Shown here: positions 49,001-60,000 of the stretch, in pieces
Layout of the letters: every line of letters begins with the position of its first letter
Numbering within the stretch: position 1 is the first letter of the stretch
Source of the DNA: Mobula hypostoma
Lineage: Eukaryota
DNA: 64,000 bases
Reading direction: 5' to 3'
Assembly (NCBI RefSeq): GCF_963921235.1
Contig: NC_086107.1
Location: 115,444,001-115,508,000 of the forward strand
Position numbers and translations under genes: made by a program
The notes under the pieces: generated by a model
Databases searched by the model: none
What the model was told of the DNA's origin: nothing
The model's input: only the letters and a program-made list of their open reading frames with translations

Positions 49001-52000
49001 ACGGCACTGTGTGTGTGTCCCAGCATCAGACACTGCACTGTGTGTGTGTGTGTCCCAGCATCAGACACTGCACTGTGTGTGTGTGTGTCCCAGCGTCAGA
49101 CACTGCACTGTGTGTGTGTGTGTCCCAGCGTCAGACACTGCACTGTGTGTGTCCCAGCGTCAGACACTGCACTGTGTGTGTGTGTGTCCCAGCATCAGAC
49201 ACTGCACTGTGTGTGTGTGTCCCAGCGTCAGACACTGCACTGTGTGTGTCCCAGCGTCAGACACTGCACTGTGTTTGTGTGTCCCCCAGCGTCAGACACT
49301 GCACTGTGTGTGTCCCCAGCGTCAGACACTGCAGTGTGTGTGTGTCCCAGCGTCAGACACTGCACTGTGTGTGTCCCAGTGTCAGACACTGCACTGTGTG
49401 TCCCAGCATCAGACACTGCACTGTGTGTCCCAGCATCAGACACTGCACTGTGTGTGTCCCAGTGTCAGACACTGCACTGTGTGTGTGTCCCCCAGCGTCA
49501 GACAATGCACTGTGTGTGTGTGTCCCCCAGCGTCAGACACTGCACTGTGTGTGTGTCCCAGCGCCAGACACTGCACTGTGTGTGTGTGTGCGTGTCCCAG
49601 CATCAGACACTGCACTGTGTGTGTGTGTGTGTCCCAGCATCAGACACTGCACTGTGTGTGTGTGTCCCAGCGTCAGACACTGCACTGTGTGTGTGTGTGT
49701 GTCCCAGCGTCAGACACTGCACTGTGTGTGTCCCAGCGTCAGACACTGCACTGTGTGTGTCCCAGCGTCAGACACTGCTCTGTGTGTGTGTGTGTCCCAG
49801 CATCAGACACTGCACTGTGTGTGTGTGTGTGTGTCCGTCCCAGTGTCAAACACTGCACTGTGTGTGTGTCCCCCAGCGTCAGACAATGCACTGTGTGTGT
49901 GTGTCCCCCAGCGTCAGACACTGCACTGTGTGTGTGTGTGTCCCAGCGCCAGACACTGCACTGTGTGTGTGTGTGCGTGTCCCAGCATCAGACACTGCAC
50001 TGTGTGTGTGTGTGTGTCCCAGCATCAGACACTGCACTGTGTGTGTGTGTCCCCCAGCGTCAGACACTGCAGTGTGTGTGTGTGTGTGTCCCAGCGTCAG
50101 ACACTGCACTGTGTGTGTGTGTGTGTGTCCCAGCGCCGGACACTGCACTGTGTGTGTGTGTCCCAGCATCAGACACTGCACTGTGTGTGTGTGTCCCAGC
50201 GTCAGACACTGCACTGTGTGTGTGTCCCAGCGTCAGACACTGCACTGTGTGTGTCCCAGCGTCAGACACTGCACTGTGTGTGTGTGTGTCCCAGCATCAG
50301 ACACTGCACTGTGTGTGTGTGTCCCAGCGTCAGACACTGCACTGTGTGTGTGTGTCCGTGTCCCCCAGCATCAGACACTGCACTGTGTGTCCCACAGCGT
50401 CAGACACTGCACTGTGTGTGTCCCAGCGTCAGACACTGCACTGTGTGTCCCAGCGTCAGACACTGCACTGTGTGTGTGTGTTCCAGCATCAGACACTGCA
50501 TTGTGTGTGTCCCAGCGTCAGACACTGCACTGTGTGTGTGTGTGTGTCCCAGCGTCAGACACTGCACTGTGTGTGTGTGTGTGTCCCAGCGTCAGACACT
50601 GCACTGTGTGTGTGTGTTCCAGCATCAGACACTGCATTGTGTGTGTCCCAGCGTCAGACACTGCACTGTGTGTGTGTGTCCCAGCATCAGACACTGCACT
50701 GTGTGTGTGTCCCAGCGTCAGACACTGCACTGTGTGTGTGTCCCAGCGTCAGACACTGCACTGTGTGTGTGTCCCAGCATCAGACACTGCACTGTGTGTG
50801 TGTCCCAGCGTCAGACACTGCACTGTGTGTGTGTGTGTGTGTCCCAGCATCAGACACTGCACTGTGTGTGTGTGTCCCAGCGTCAGACACTGCACTGTGT
50901 GTGTGTGTGTGTGTCCCAGCATCAGACACTGCACAGTGTGTGTGTGTGTGTGTGTGTCCCAGCGTCAGACACTGCACTCTGTGTGTGTGTCCCAGCATCA
51001 GACACTGCACTGTGTGTGTGTGTGCCCCAGCATCAGACAATGCACTGTGTGTGTGTGTCCCAGCGTCAGACACCGCACTGTGTGTGTGTGCGTGTGTCCC
51101 AGCGTCAGACACTGCACTGTGTGTGTGTGTGTGTCCCAGCGTCAGACACTGCACTGTGTGTGTCCCCCAGCGTCAGACACTGCACTGTGTGTGTGTGTCC
51201 CAGCATCAGACACTGCACTGTGTGTGTCTGTGTGTCCCAGCATCAGACACTGCACTGTGTGTGTGTGTCCCCCAGCGTCAGACACTGCAGTGTGTGTGTG
51301 TGTCCCAGCGTCAGACACTGCACTGTGTGTGTGTGTGTGTGTCCCAGCGCCGGACACTGCACTGTGTGTGTGTGTGTGTGTCCCAGCATCAGACACTGCA
51401 CTGTGTGTGTGTGTCCCAGCGTCAGACACTGCACTGTGTGTGTCCCAGCGTCAGACACTGCACTGTGTGTGTCCCAGCGTCAGACACTGCACTGTGTGTG
51501 TGTGTGTCCCAGCATCAGACACTGCACTGTGTGTGTGTGTGTCCCAGCGTCAGACACTGCACTGTGTGTGTGTGTCCGTGTCCCCCAGCATCAGACACTG
51601 CACTGTGTGTCCCACAGCGTCAGACACTGCACTGTGTGTGTCCCAGCGTCAGACACTGCACTGTGTGTCCCAGCGTCAGACACTGCACTGTGTGTGTGTG
51701 TTCCAGCATCAGACACTGCATTGTGTGTGTCCCAGCGTCAGACACTGCACTGTGTGTGTCCCAGCATCAGACACTGCACTGTGTGTGTGTGTCCCAGCGT
51801 CAGACACTGCACTGTGTGTGTGTCCCAGCGTCAGACACTGCACTGTGTGTGTCCCAGCATCAGACACTGCACTGTGTGTGTGTCCCAGCGTCAGACACTG
51901 CACTGTGTGTGTGTGTGTGTGTGTCCCAGCATCAGACACTGCACTGTGTGTGTGTCCCAGCGTCAGACACTGCACTGTGTGTGTCTGTGTGTCCCAGCAT

Positions 52001-55000
52001 CAGACACTGCACTGTGTGTGTGTGTCCCCCAGCGTCAGACACTGCACTGTGTGTGTGTGTCCCAGCATCAGACACTGCACTGTGTGTGTCTGTGTGTCCC
52101 AGCATCAGACACTGCACTGTGTGTGTGTGTCCCCCAGCGTCAGACACTGCAGTGTGTGTGTGTGTCCCAGCGTCAGACACTGCACTGTGTGTGTGTGTGT
52201 GTGTCCCAGCGCCGGACACTGCACTGTGTGTGTGTGTGTGTGTCCCAGCGCCGGACACTGCACTGTGTGTGTGTGTCCCAGCATCAGACACTGCACTGTG
52301 TGTGTGTGTCCCAGCGTCAGACACTGCACTGTGTGTGTGTCCCAGCGTCAGACACTGCACTGTGTGTGTCCCAGCGTCAGACACTGCACTGTGTGTGTGT
52401 GTGTCCCAGCATCAGACACTGCACTGTGTGTGTGTGTCCCAGCGTCAGACACTGCACTGTGTGTGTGTGTCCGTGTCCCCCAGCATCAGACACTGCACTG
52501 TGTGTCCCACAGCGTCAGACACTGCACTGTGTGTGTCCCAGCGTCAGACACTGCACTGTGTGTCCCAGCGTCAGACACTGCACTGTGTGTGTGTGTTCCA
52601 GCATCAGACACTGCATTGTGTGTGTCCCAGCGTCAGACACTGCACTGTGTGTGTGTGTCCCAGCATCAGACACTGCACTGTGTGTGTGTCCCAGCGTCAG
52701 ACACTGCACTGTGTGTGTGTCCCAGCGTCAGACACTGCACTGTGTGTGTGTCCCAGCATCAGACACTGCACTGTGTGTGTGTCCCAGCGTCAGACACTGC
52801 ACTGTGTGTGTGTGTGTGTGTCCCAGCATCAGACACTGCACTGTGTGTGTGTGTCCCAGCGTCAGACACTGCACTGTGTGTGTGTGTGTGTGTCCCAGCA
52901 TCAGACACTGCACAGTGTGTGTGTGTGTGTGTGTGTCCCAGCGTCAGACACTGCACTCTATGTGTGTGTCCCAGCATCAGACACTGCACTGTGTGTGTGT
53001 GTGCCCCAGCATCAGACAATGCACTGTGTGTGTGTGTCCCAGCGTCAGACACCGCACTGTGTGTGTGTGAGTGTGTCCCAGCGACAGACACTGCACTGTG
53101 TGTGTGTGTGTGTCCCAGCGTCAGACACTGCACTGTGTGTGTGTCCCAGCATCAGACACTGCACTGTGTGTGTGTGTCCCAGCATCAGACACTGCACTGT
53201 GTGTGTCTGTGTGTCCCAGCATCAGACACTGCACTGTGTGTGTGTGTCCCCCAGCGTCAGACACTGCAGTGTGTGTGTGTGTCCCAGCGTCAGACACTGC
53301 ACTGTGTGTGTGTGTGTGTGTCCCAGCGCCGGACACTGCACTGTGTGTGTGTGTGTGTGTCCCAGCATCAGACACTGCACTGTGTGTGTGTGTCCCAGCG
53401 TCAGACACTGCACTGTGTGTGTCCCAGCGTCAGACACTGCACTGTGTGTGTCCCAGCGTCAGACACTGCACTGTGTGTGTGTGTGTCCCAGCATCAGACA
53501 CTGCACTGTGTGTGTGTGTCCCAGCGTCAGACACTGCACTGTGTGTGTGTGTCCGTGTCCCCCAGCATCAGACACTGCACTGTGTGTCCCACAGCGTCAG
53601 ACACTGCACTGTGTGTGTCCCAGCGTCAGACACTGCACTGTGTGTCCCAGCGTCAGACACTGCACTGTGTGTGTGTGTTCCAGCATCAGACACTGCATTG
53701 TGTGTGTCCCAGCGTCAGACACTGCACTGTGTGTGTCCCAGCATCAGACACTGCACTGTGTGTGTGTGTCCCAGCGTCAGACACTGCACTGTGTGTGTGT
53801 CCCAGCGTCAGACACTGCACTGTGTGTGTCCCAGCATCAGACACTGCACTGTGTGTGTGTCCCAGCGTCAGACACTGCAGACACTGCACTGTGTGTGTGT
53901 CCCAGTGCACTGTGTGTGTCTGTGTGTCCCAGCATCAGACACTGCACTGTGTGTGTGTGTCCCCCAGCGTCAGACACTGCATGTGTGTGTGTGTCCCAGC
54001 TCAGACACTGCACTGTGTGTGTTGTGTGTCCCAGCCGACACTGCACTGTGTGTGTGTGTCAGCTCAGTCAGACACTGCACTGTGTGTGTCCCAGCGTCAG
54101 ACACTGCACTGTGTGTGTCCCAGCATCAGACACTGCACTGTGTGTGTGTCCCAGCGTCAGACACTGCACTGTGTGTGTCTGTGTGTCCCAGCATCAGACA
54201 CTGCACTGTGTGTGTGTGTCCCCCAGCGTCAGACACTGCACTGTGTGTGTGTGTCCCAGCATCAGACACTGCACTGTGTGTGTCTGTGTGTCCCAGCATC
54301 AGACACTGCACTGTGTGTGTGTGTCCCCCAGCGTCAGACACTGCAGTGTGTGTGTGTGTCCCAGCGTCAGACACTGCACTGTGTGTGTGTGTGTGTGTCC
54401 CAGCGCCGGACACTGCACTGTGTGTGTGTGTGTGTGTCCCAGCATCAGACACTGCACTGTGTGTGTGTGTCCCAGCGTCAGACACTGCACTGTGTGTGTC
54501 CCAGCGTCAGACACTGCACTGTGTGTGTCCCAGCGTCAGACACTGCACTGTGTGTGTGTGTGTCCCAGCATCAGACACTGCACTGTGTGTGTGTGTCCCA
54601 GCGTCAGACACTGCACTGTGTGTGTGTGTCCGTGTCCCCCAGCATCAGACACTGCACTGTGTGTCCCACAGCGTCAGACACTGCACTGTGTGTGTCCCAG
54701 CGTCAGACACTGCACTGTGTCCCAGCGTCAGACACTGCACTGTGTGTGTGTGTTCCAGCATCAGACACTGCATTGTGTGTGTCCCAGCGTCAGACACTGC
54801 ACTGTGTGTGTCCCAGCATCAGACACTGCACTGTGTGTGTGTGTCCCAGCGTCAGACACTGCACTGTGTGTGTGTCCCAGCGTCAGACACTGCACTGTGT
54901 GTGTCCCAGCATCAGACACTGCACTGTGTGTGTGTCCCAGCGTCAGACACTGCACTGTGTGTGTGTGTGTGTGTCCCAGCATCAGACACTGCACTGTGTG

Positions 55001-56190
55001 TGTGTCCCAGCGTCAGACACTGCACTGTGTGTGTGTGTGTGTGTCCCAGCATCAGACACTGCACAGTGTGTGTCTGTGTGTGTGTGTCCCAGCATCAGAC
55101 ACTGCACTGTGTGTGCGTGTGCCCCAGCGTCAGACAATGCACTGTGTGTGTGTGTCCCAGCGTCAGACACCGCACTGTGTGTGTGTGCGTGTGTGTCCCA
55201 GCGTCAGACACTGCACTGTGTGTGTGTGTGTGTGTGTGTCCCAGCGTCAGACACTGCACTGTGTGTGTCCCAGCATCAGACACTGCACTGTGTGTGTGTC
55301 CCAGTGTCAGACACTGCACTGTGTGTGTCCCAGCGNNNNNNNNNNNNNNNNNNNNNNNNNNNNNNNNNNNNNNNNNNNNNNNNNNNNNNNNNNNNNNNNN
55401 NNNNNNNNNNNNNNNNNNNNNNNNNNNNNNNNNNNNNNNNNNNNNNNNNNNNNNNNNNNNNNNNNNNNNNNNNNNNNNNNNTGTGTGTGTGTGTCCCAGC
55501 GTCAGACACGGCACTGTGTGTGTGTGTCCCAGCGTCAGACACTGCACTGTGTGTGTCCCCCAGCATCAGACACTGCACTGTGTGTGTGTGTGTGTCCCAG
55601 CATCAGACACTGCACTGTGTGTGTGTGTGTCCCAGCGTCAGACACTGCACTGTGTGTGTCCCAGCGNNNNNNNNNNNNNNNNNNNNNNNNNNNNNNNNNN
55701 NNNNNNNNNNNNNNNNNNNNNNNNNNNNNNNNNNNNNNNNNNNNNNNNNNNNNNNNNNNNNNNNNNNNNNNNNNNNNNNNNNNNNNNNNNNNNNNNNNNN
55801 NNTGTGTGTGTGTGTCCCAGCGTCAGACACGGCACTGTGTGTGTGTGTCCCAGCGTCAGACACTGCACTGTGTGTGTCCCCCAGCATCAGACACTGCACT
55901 GTGTGTGTGTGTGTGTCCCAGCATCAGACACTGCACTGTGTGTGTGTGTGTCCCAGCGTCAGACACTGCACTGTGTGTGTCCCAGCGTCAGACACTGCAC
56001 TGTGTGTGTGTGTGTGTCCCAGCGTCAGACACTGCACTGTGTGTGTGTCCCAGCGTCAGACACTGCACTGTGTGTGTGTGTCCCAGCGTCAGACACTGCA
56101 CTGTGTGTGTGTGTGTGTGTCCCAGCGTCAGACACGGCACTGTGTGAGTGTGTGTGTGTGTCAGACACTGCACTGTGTGAGTGTGTCAGA
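26760..56190. repeat. composite satellite [TCCCAGC(G/A)TCAGACACTGCAC(TG)n], roughly 850-900 units, with six short N gaps
   Basis: Fixed 21-nt core plus a variable (TG)n tract, mostly n=3-12. Gaps at 30547-30686, 30761-30903, 33123-33294, 34633-34805, 55336-55481 and 55667-55802. Copy number estimated from length / ~33 bp. Confidence 0.98.
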
Positions 56191-56214
56191 CAGTGCAGGG
56201 AGCTGATGCAGTCA

Positions 56215-56480
56215 CACACCACAGAAACATGCCCTTCAGCTGCATACCCAGACCCATTTGTCTCCCATTACATGTACCCACCTCAGCCACTTCCTCTGGG
56301 CAGTTGGCTCCATATACGGAGTGCTCTCAGGGTGAATAATTTGCTCTTTGGGTCCCTTTTACATTCTCTCCCCTCACCTTAAACCTGTGCCATGGGGATG
56401 AAGACAGACATTCACCCCATGGTTTTACACACCACTGAAAGGTCTCCTCAGCTCCACGAATAAAGTCCTAACCTTTCTGT
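56215..56480 (-). mobile_element. degenerate CR1 3' fragment
   Basis: CCCCTCACCTTAAACCTGTGCC and TAAAGTCCTAACCT resemble the reverse-oriented CR1 3' ends at 21240-21400. Confidence 0.5.
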
Positions 56481-56538
56481 GTGTGTCTACCAGTGTCCTA
56501 TACCCTCCCTTGGTGCCCACTAGCCCCCCGCCCCTCAC

Positions 56539-56658
56539 CTTGTCCTTTGGCAGTTCCACCCGGCAGACCATGTCCCACGTGAGGGAGAACATCACTGGCA
56601 TGAAGTTAGTAACGAACGGTTTGTGACGACCCCCTTCTTCCTTACTCAGTACGTACAC
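56539..56658 (-). CDS. TUFM: TUFM penultimate coding exon
   Basis: CAG| [40 protein letters not shown] |GTGAGG; 120 nt, phase 0, joins in frame to ELVMPGED. Confidence 0.96.
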
Positions 56659-56734
56659 CTGCGCAGGGCGGAGAGAACCACTGCTAAATTGGCTTATGAG
56701 CGTCATCTTTACCAAGGCACAGTGCAGAGCTTGT

Positions 56735-57085
56735 GTATTGGCTTCTTATTGTCGCATGTACCAACACACAGTGAAAAACTTGTCTTACAACTGTTCATAC
56801 AGATCAGATCATTACCCAGTGCATTGAGGTACAACAAGGCAAAATAACAGAATGCAGAATAAAGTTGGAACCACCACAGAGAAAGTGCAGACAATAAGGT
56901 GCAAAACCATAATAAGATAGATTGTACAGTGAACAGTGAGTTTTATCACACTAGGGAAGCATTCAACAGTCGATAATAACGGGGTAGAAGCTGTTGAGCT
57001 GCTGGGGTGGGATGGCCTCAGGCTTTTGTATCTTTCGCTGATAGGAGTGGGGGGTTGGGGAGGAGAGGGAATGTCCGGGGTGGGG
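56735..57085 (-). mobile_element. Rex1/Babar-like LINE 3' end grading into the G-rich array
   Basis: GGGGTAGAAGCTGT and TCAGGCTTTTGTA match the reverse complement of 16660-16710. Confidence 0.7.
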
Positions 57086-60000
57086 GGGGTTGGGGAGGAG
57101 AGAGAATGTCCGGGGTGGGGGGAGGAGAGAGAATGTTCGGGGTGGGGGGGGTTGGGGAGGAGAGAGAATGTCCGGGGGGGGGTTGAGGAGGAGAGAGAAT
57201 GTCCGGGGTGGGGGGGGGAGAGAGAATGTCTGGGGTGGGAGGTTGGGGAGGAGAGAGAATGTCCGGGGTGGGGGGGGTTGGGGAGGAGAGAGAATGTCCG
57301 GGGTGGGGGGAGGAGAGAGAATGTCCGGGGTGGGGGGGGTTGGGGAGGAGAGAGAATGTCCGGGGGGGGGGTTGAGGAGGAGAGAGAATGTCCGGGGTGG
57401 GGGGGGGAGAGAGAATGTCTGGGGTGGGAGGTTGGGGAGGAGAGAGAATGTCCGGGGTGGGGGGGGGTTGGGGAGGAGAGAGAATGTCCGGGGTGGGGGG
57501 AGGAGAGAGAATGTCCGGGGTGGGGGGGGTTGGGGAGGAGAGAGAATGTCCGGGGGGGGGGGTTGAGGAGGAGAGAGAATGCCCGGGGTGGGGGGGGGGG
57601 GAGAGAGAATGTCTGGGGTGGGGGGTTGGGGAGGAGAGAGAATGTCCGGGGGGGGGGTTGGGGAGGAGAGAGAATGTCTGGGGTGGGGGGGGGGTTGGGG
57701 AGGAGAGAGAATGTCTGGGGTGGGGGGGGTTGGGGAGGAGAGAATGTCTGGGGTGGGAGGGGTTGGGGAGGAGAGAGAATGTCTGGGGTGGGGGGGAGAG
57801 AGAATGTCCGGGGTGGGGGGGGGGGTTGGGGAGGAGGGAGAATGTCTGGGGTGGGGGGGGTTGGGGAGGAGAGAGAATGTCTGGGGTGGGGGGTTGGGGA
57901 GGAGAGAGAATGTCTGGGATGGGGGGTTGGGGAGGAGAGAGAATGTCCGGGGTGGGGGGTTGGGGAGGAGAGAGAATGTCCGGGGGGGGTTTGAGGAGGA
58001 GAGAGAATGTCCGGGGTGGGGGGGGGGATTGGGGAGGAGAGAGAATGTCTGGGGTGGGGGGTTGGGGAGGAGAGAGAATGTCGGGGGTGGGGGGTTGGGG
58101 AGGAGAGAGAATGTCCGGGGGGGGTTGGGGGGGAGAGAGAATGTCCGGGGTGGGGGGGGGAGTTGGGGAGGAGAGAGAATGTCTGGGGTGGGGGTTGGGT
58201 AGGAGAGAGAATGTCTGGGGTGGGAGGGGTTGGGGAGGAGAGAGAATGTCCGGGGTGGGGGGGGGGGAGAGAGAATGTCTGGGGTGGGGGGTTGGGGAGG
58301 AGAGAGAATGTCCGGGGGGGGGTTGGGGAGGAGAGAGAATGTCTGGGGTGGGGGGGGTTGGGGAGGAGAGAGAATGTCTGGGGTGGGGGGGGTTGGGGAG
58401 GAGAGAGAATGTCTGGGGTGGGGGGGGTTGGGGAGGAGAGAGAATGTCTGGGGTGGGGGGGGTTGGGGAGGAGAGAGAATGTTTGGGGTGGGGGGGGGTT
58501 GGGGAGGAGAGAGAATGTCCGGGGGGGGTTGGGGGGAGAGAGAATGTCTGGGGTGGTGGGGATTGGGGAGGAGAGAGAATGTCCGGGGGGGGTTTGAGGA
58601 GGAGAGAGAATGTCCGGGGTGGGGGGGGGGATTGGGGAGGAGAGAGAATGTCTGGGGTGGGGGGTTGGGGAGGAGAGAGAATGTCTGGGGTGGGGGGTTG
58701 GGAAGGAGAGAGAATGTCCGGGGGGGGGGTTGGGGGGGAGAGAGAATGTCTGGGGTGGGGGGGGAGTTGGGGAGGAGAGAGAATGTCTGGGGTGGGGGTT
58801 GGGTAGGAGAGAGAATGTCTGGGGTGGGAGGGGTTGGGGAGGAGAGAGAATGTCCGGGGTGGGGGGGAGAGAGAATGTCCGGGGGGGGGTTGGGGGGAGA
58901 GAGAATGTCCGGGGGGGGTTGGGGGGAGAGAGAATGTCTGGGGTGGGAGGTTGGGGAGGAGAGAGAATGTCCGGGGGGGGGGTTGGGGAGGAGAGAGAAT
59001 GTCTGGGGTGGGGGGGGTTGGGGAGGAGAGAGAATGTCTGGGGTGGGGGGGGTTGGGGAGGAGAGAGAATGTCTGGGGTGGGGGGGGTTGGGGAGGAGAG
59101 AGAATGTCTGGGGTGGGGGGGGTTGGGGAGGAGAGAGAATGTTTGGGGTGGGGGGGGTTGGGGAGGAGAGAGAATGTCCGGGGGGGGTTGGGGGGGAGAG
59201 AGAATGTCCGGGGTGGTGGGGATTGGGGAGGAGAGAGAATGTCCGGGGGGGGTTTGAGGAGGAGAGAGAATGTCCGGGGTGGGGGGGGGGATTGGGGAGG
59301 AGAGAGAATGTCTGGGGTGGGGGGTTGGGGAGGAGAGAGAATGTCTGGGGTGGGGGGTTGGGAAGGAGAGAGAATGTCCGGGGGGGGGGTTGGGGGGGAG
59401 AGAGAATGTCCGGGGTGGGGGGGGGAGTTGGGGAGGAGAGAGAATGTCTGGGGTGGGGGTTGGGTAGGAGAGAGAATGTCTGGGGTGGGAGGGGTTGGGG
59501 AGGAGAGAGAATGTCCGGGGTGGGGGGGAGAGAGAATGTCCGGGGGGGGGGTTGGGGGGGAGAGAGAATGTCTGGGGTGGGGGGTTGGGGAGGAGAGAGA
59601 ATGTCCGGGTGGGGGGGGGTTGGGGAGGAGAGAGAATGTCTGGGGTGGGGGGGGTTGGGGAGGAGAGAGAATGTCTGGGGTGGGGGGGGTTGGGGAGGAG
59701 AGAGAATGTCTGGGGTGGGGGGGGTTGGGGAGGAGAGAGAATGTTTGGGGTGGGGGGGGGTTGGGGAGGAGAGAGAATGTCCGGGGGGGGGGTTGGGGGG
59801 GAGAGAGAATGTCTGGGGTGGTGGGGATTGGGGAGGAGAGAGAATGTCCGGGGTGGGGGGGGGTTGGGGAGGAGAGAGAATGTCTGGGGTGGGGGGAGAG
59901 AGAATGTCCGGGGTGGGGGGAGAGAGAATGTCCGGGGTGGGGGGGGGGTTGGGGAGGAGAGAGAGAATGTCTGGGGTGGGGGGGGGGGTTGGGGAGGAGA

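Noticed and set aside
25235-56190. CRISPR-like pattern of a constant repeat plus variable spacer
   Set aside because: The 'spacers' are only (TG)n of varying length, or absent in the 52-mer. There are no unique spacers or cas genes, and the context is a spliced vertebrate locus.
26760-56190. Metal-response element (TGCRCNC) array
   Set aside because: The unit has TGCACTG, which fails the final C; only rare variants (TGCACTC) match.
26456-56382. Giant Cys/Val-rich ORFs (up to 5603 aa) resembling metallothionein- or keratin-associated proteins
   Set aside because: The + strand repeat unit contains no TAA, TAG or TGA in any frame, so all three frames stay open. Variable (TG)n lengths shuffle frames at random, the ORFs cross N gaps, and the region is antisense intron of TUFM.
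26516-56658. Bacterial tuf gene, contamination or horizontal transfer
   Set aside because: The sequence is split by GT-AG introns, has a poly(A) signal and the mitochondrial-type C-terminal tail, and sits beside vertebrate SGF29.
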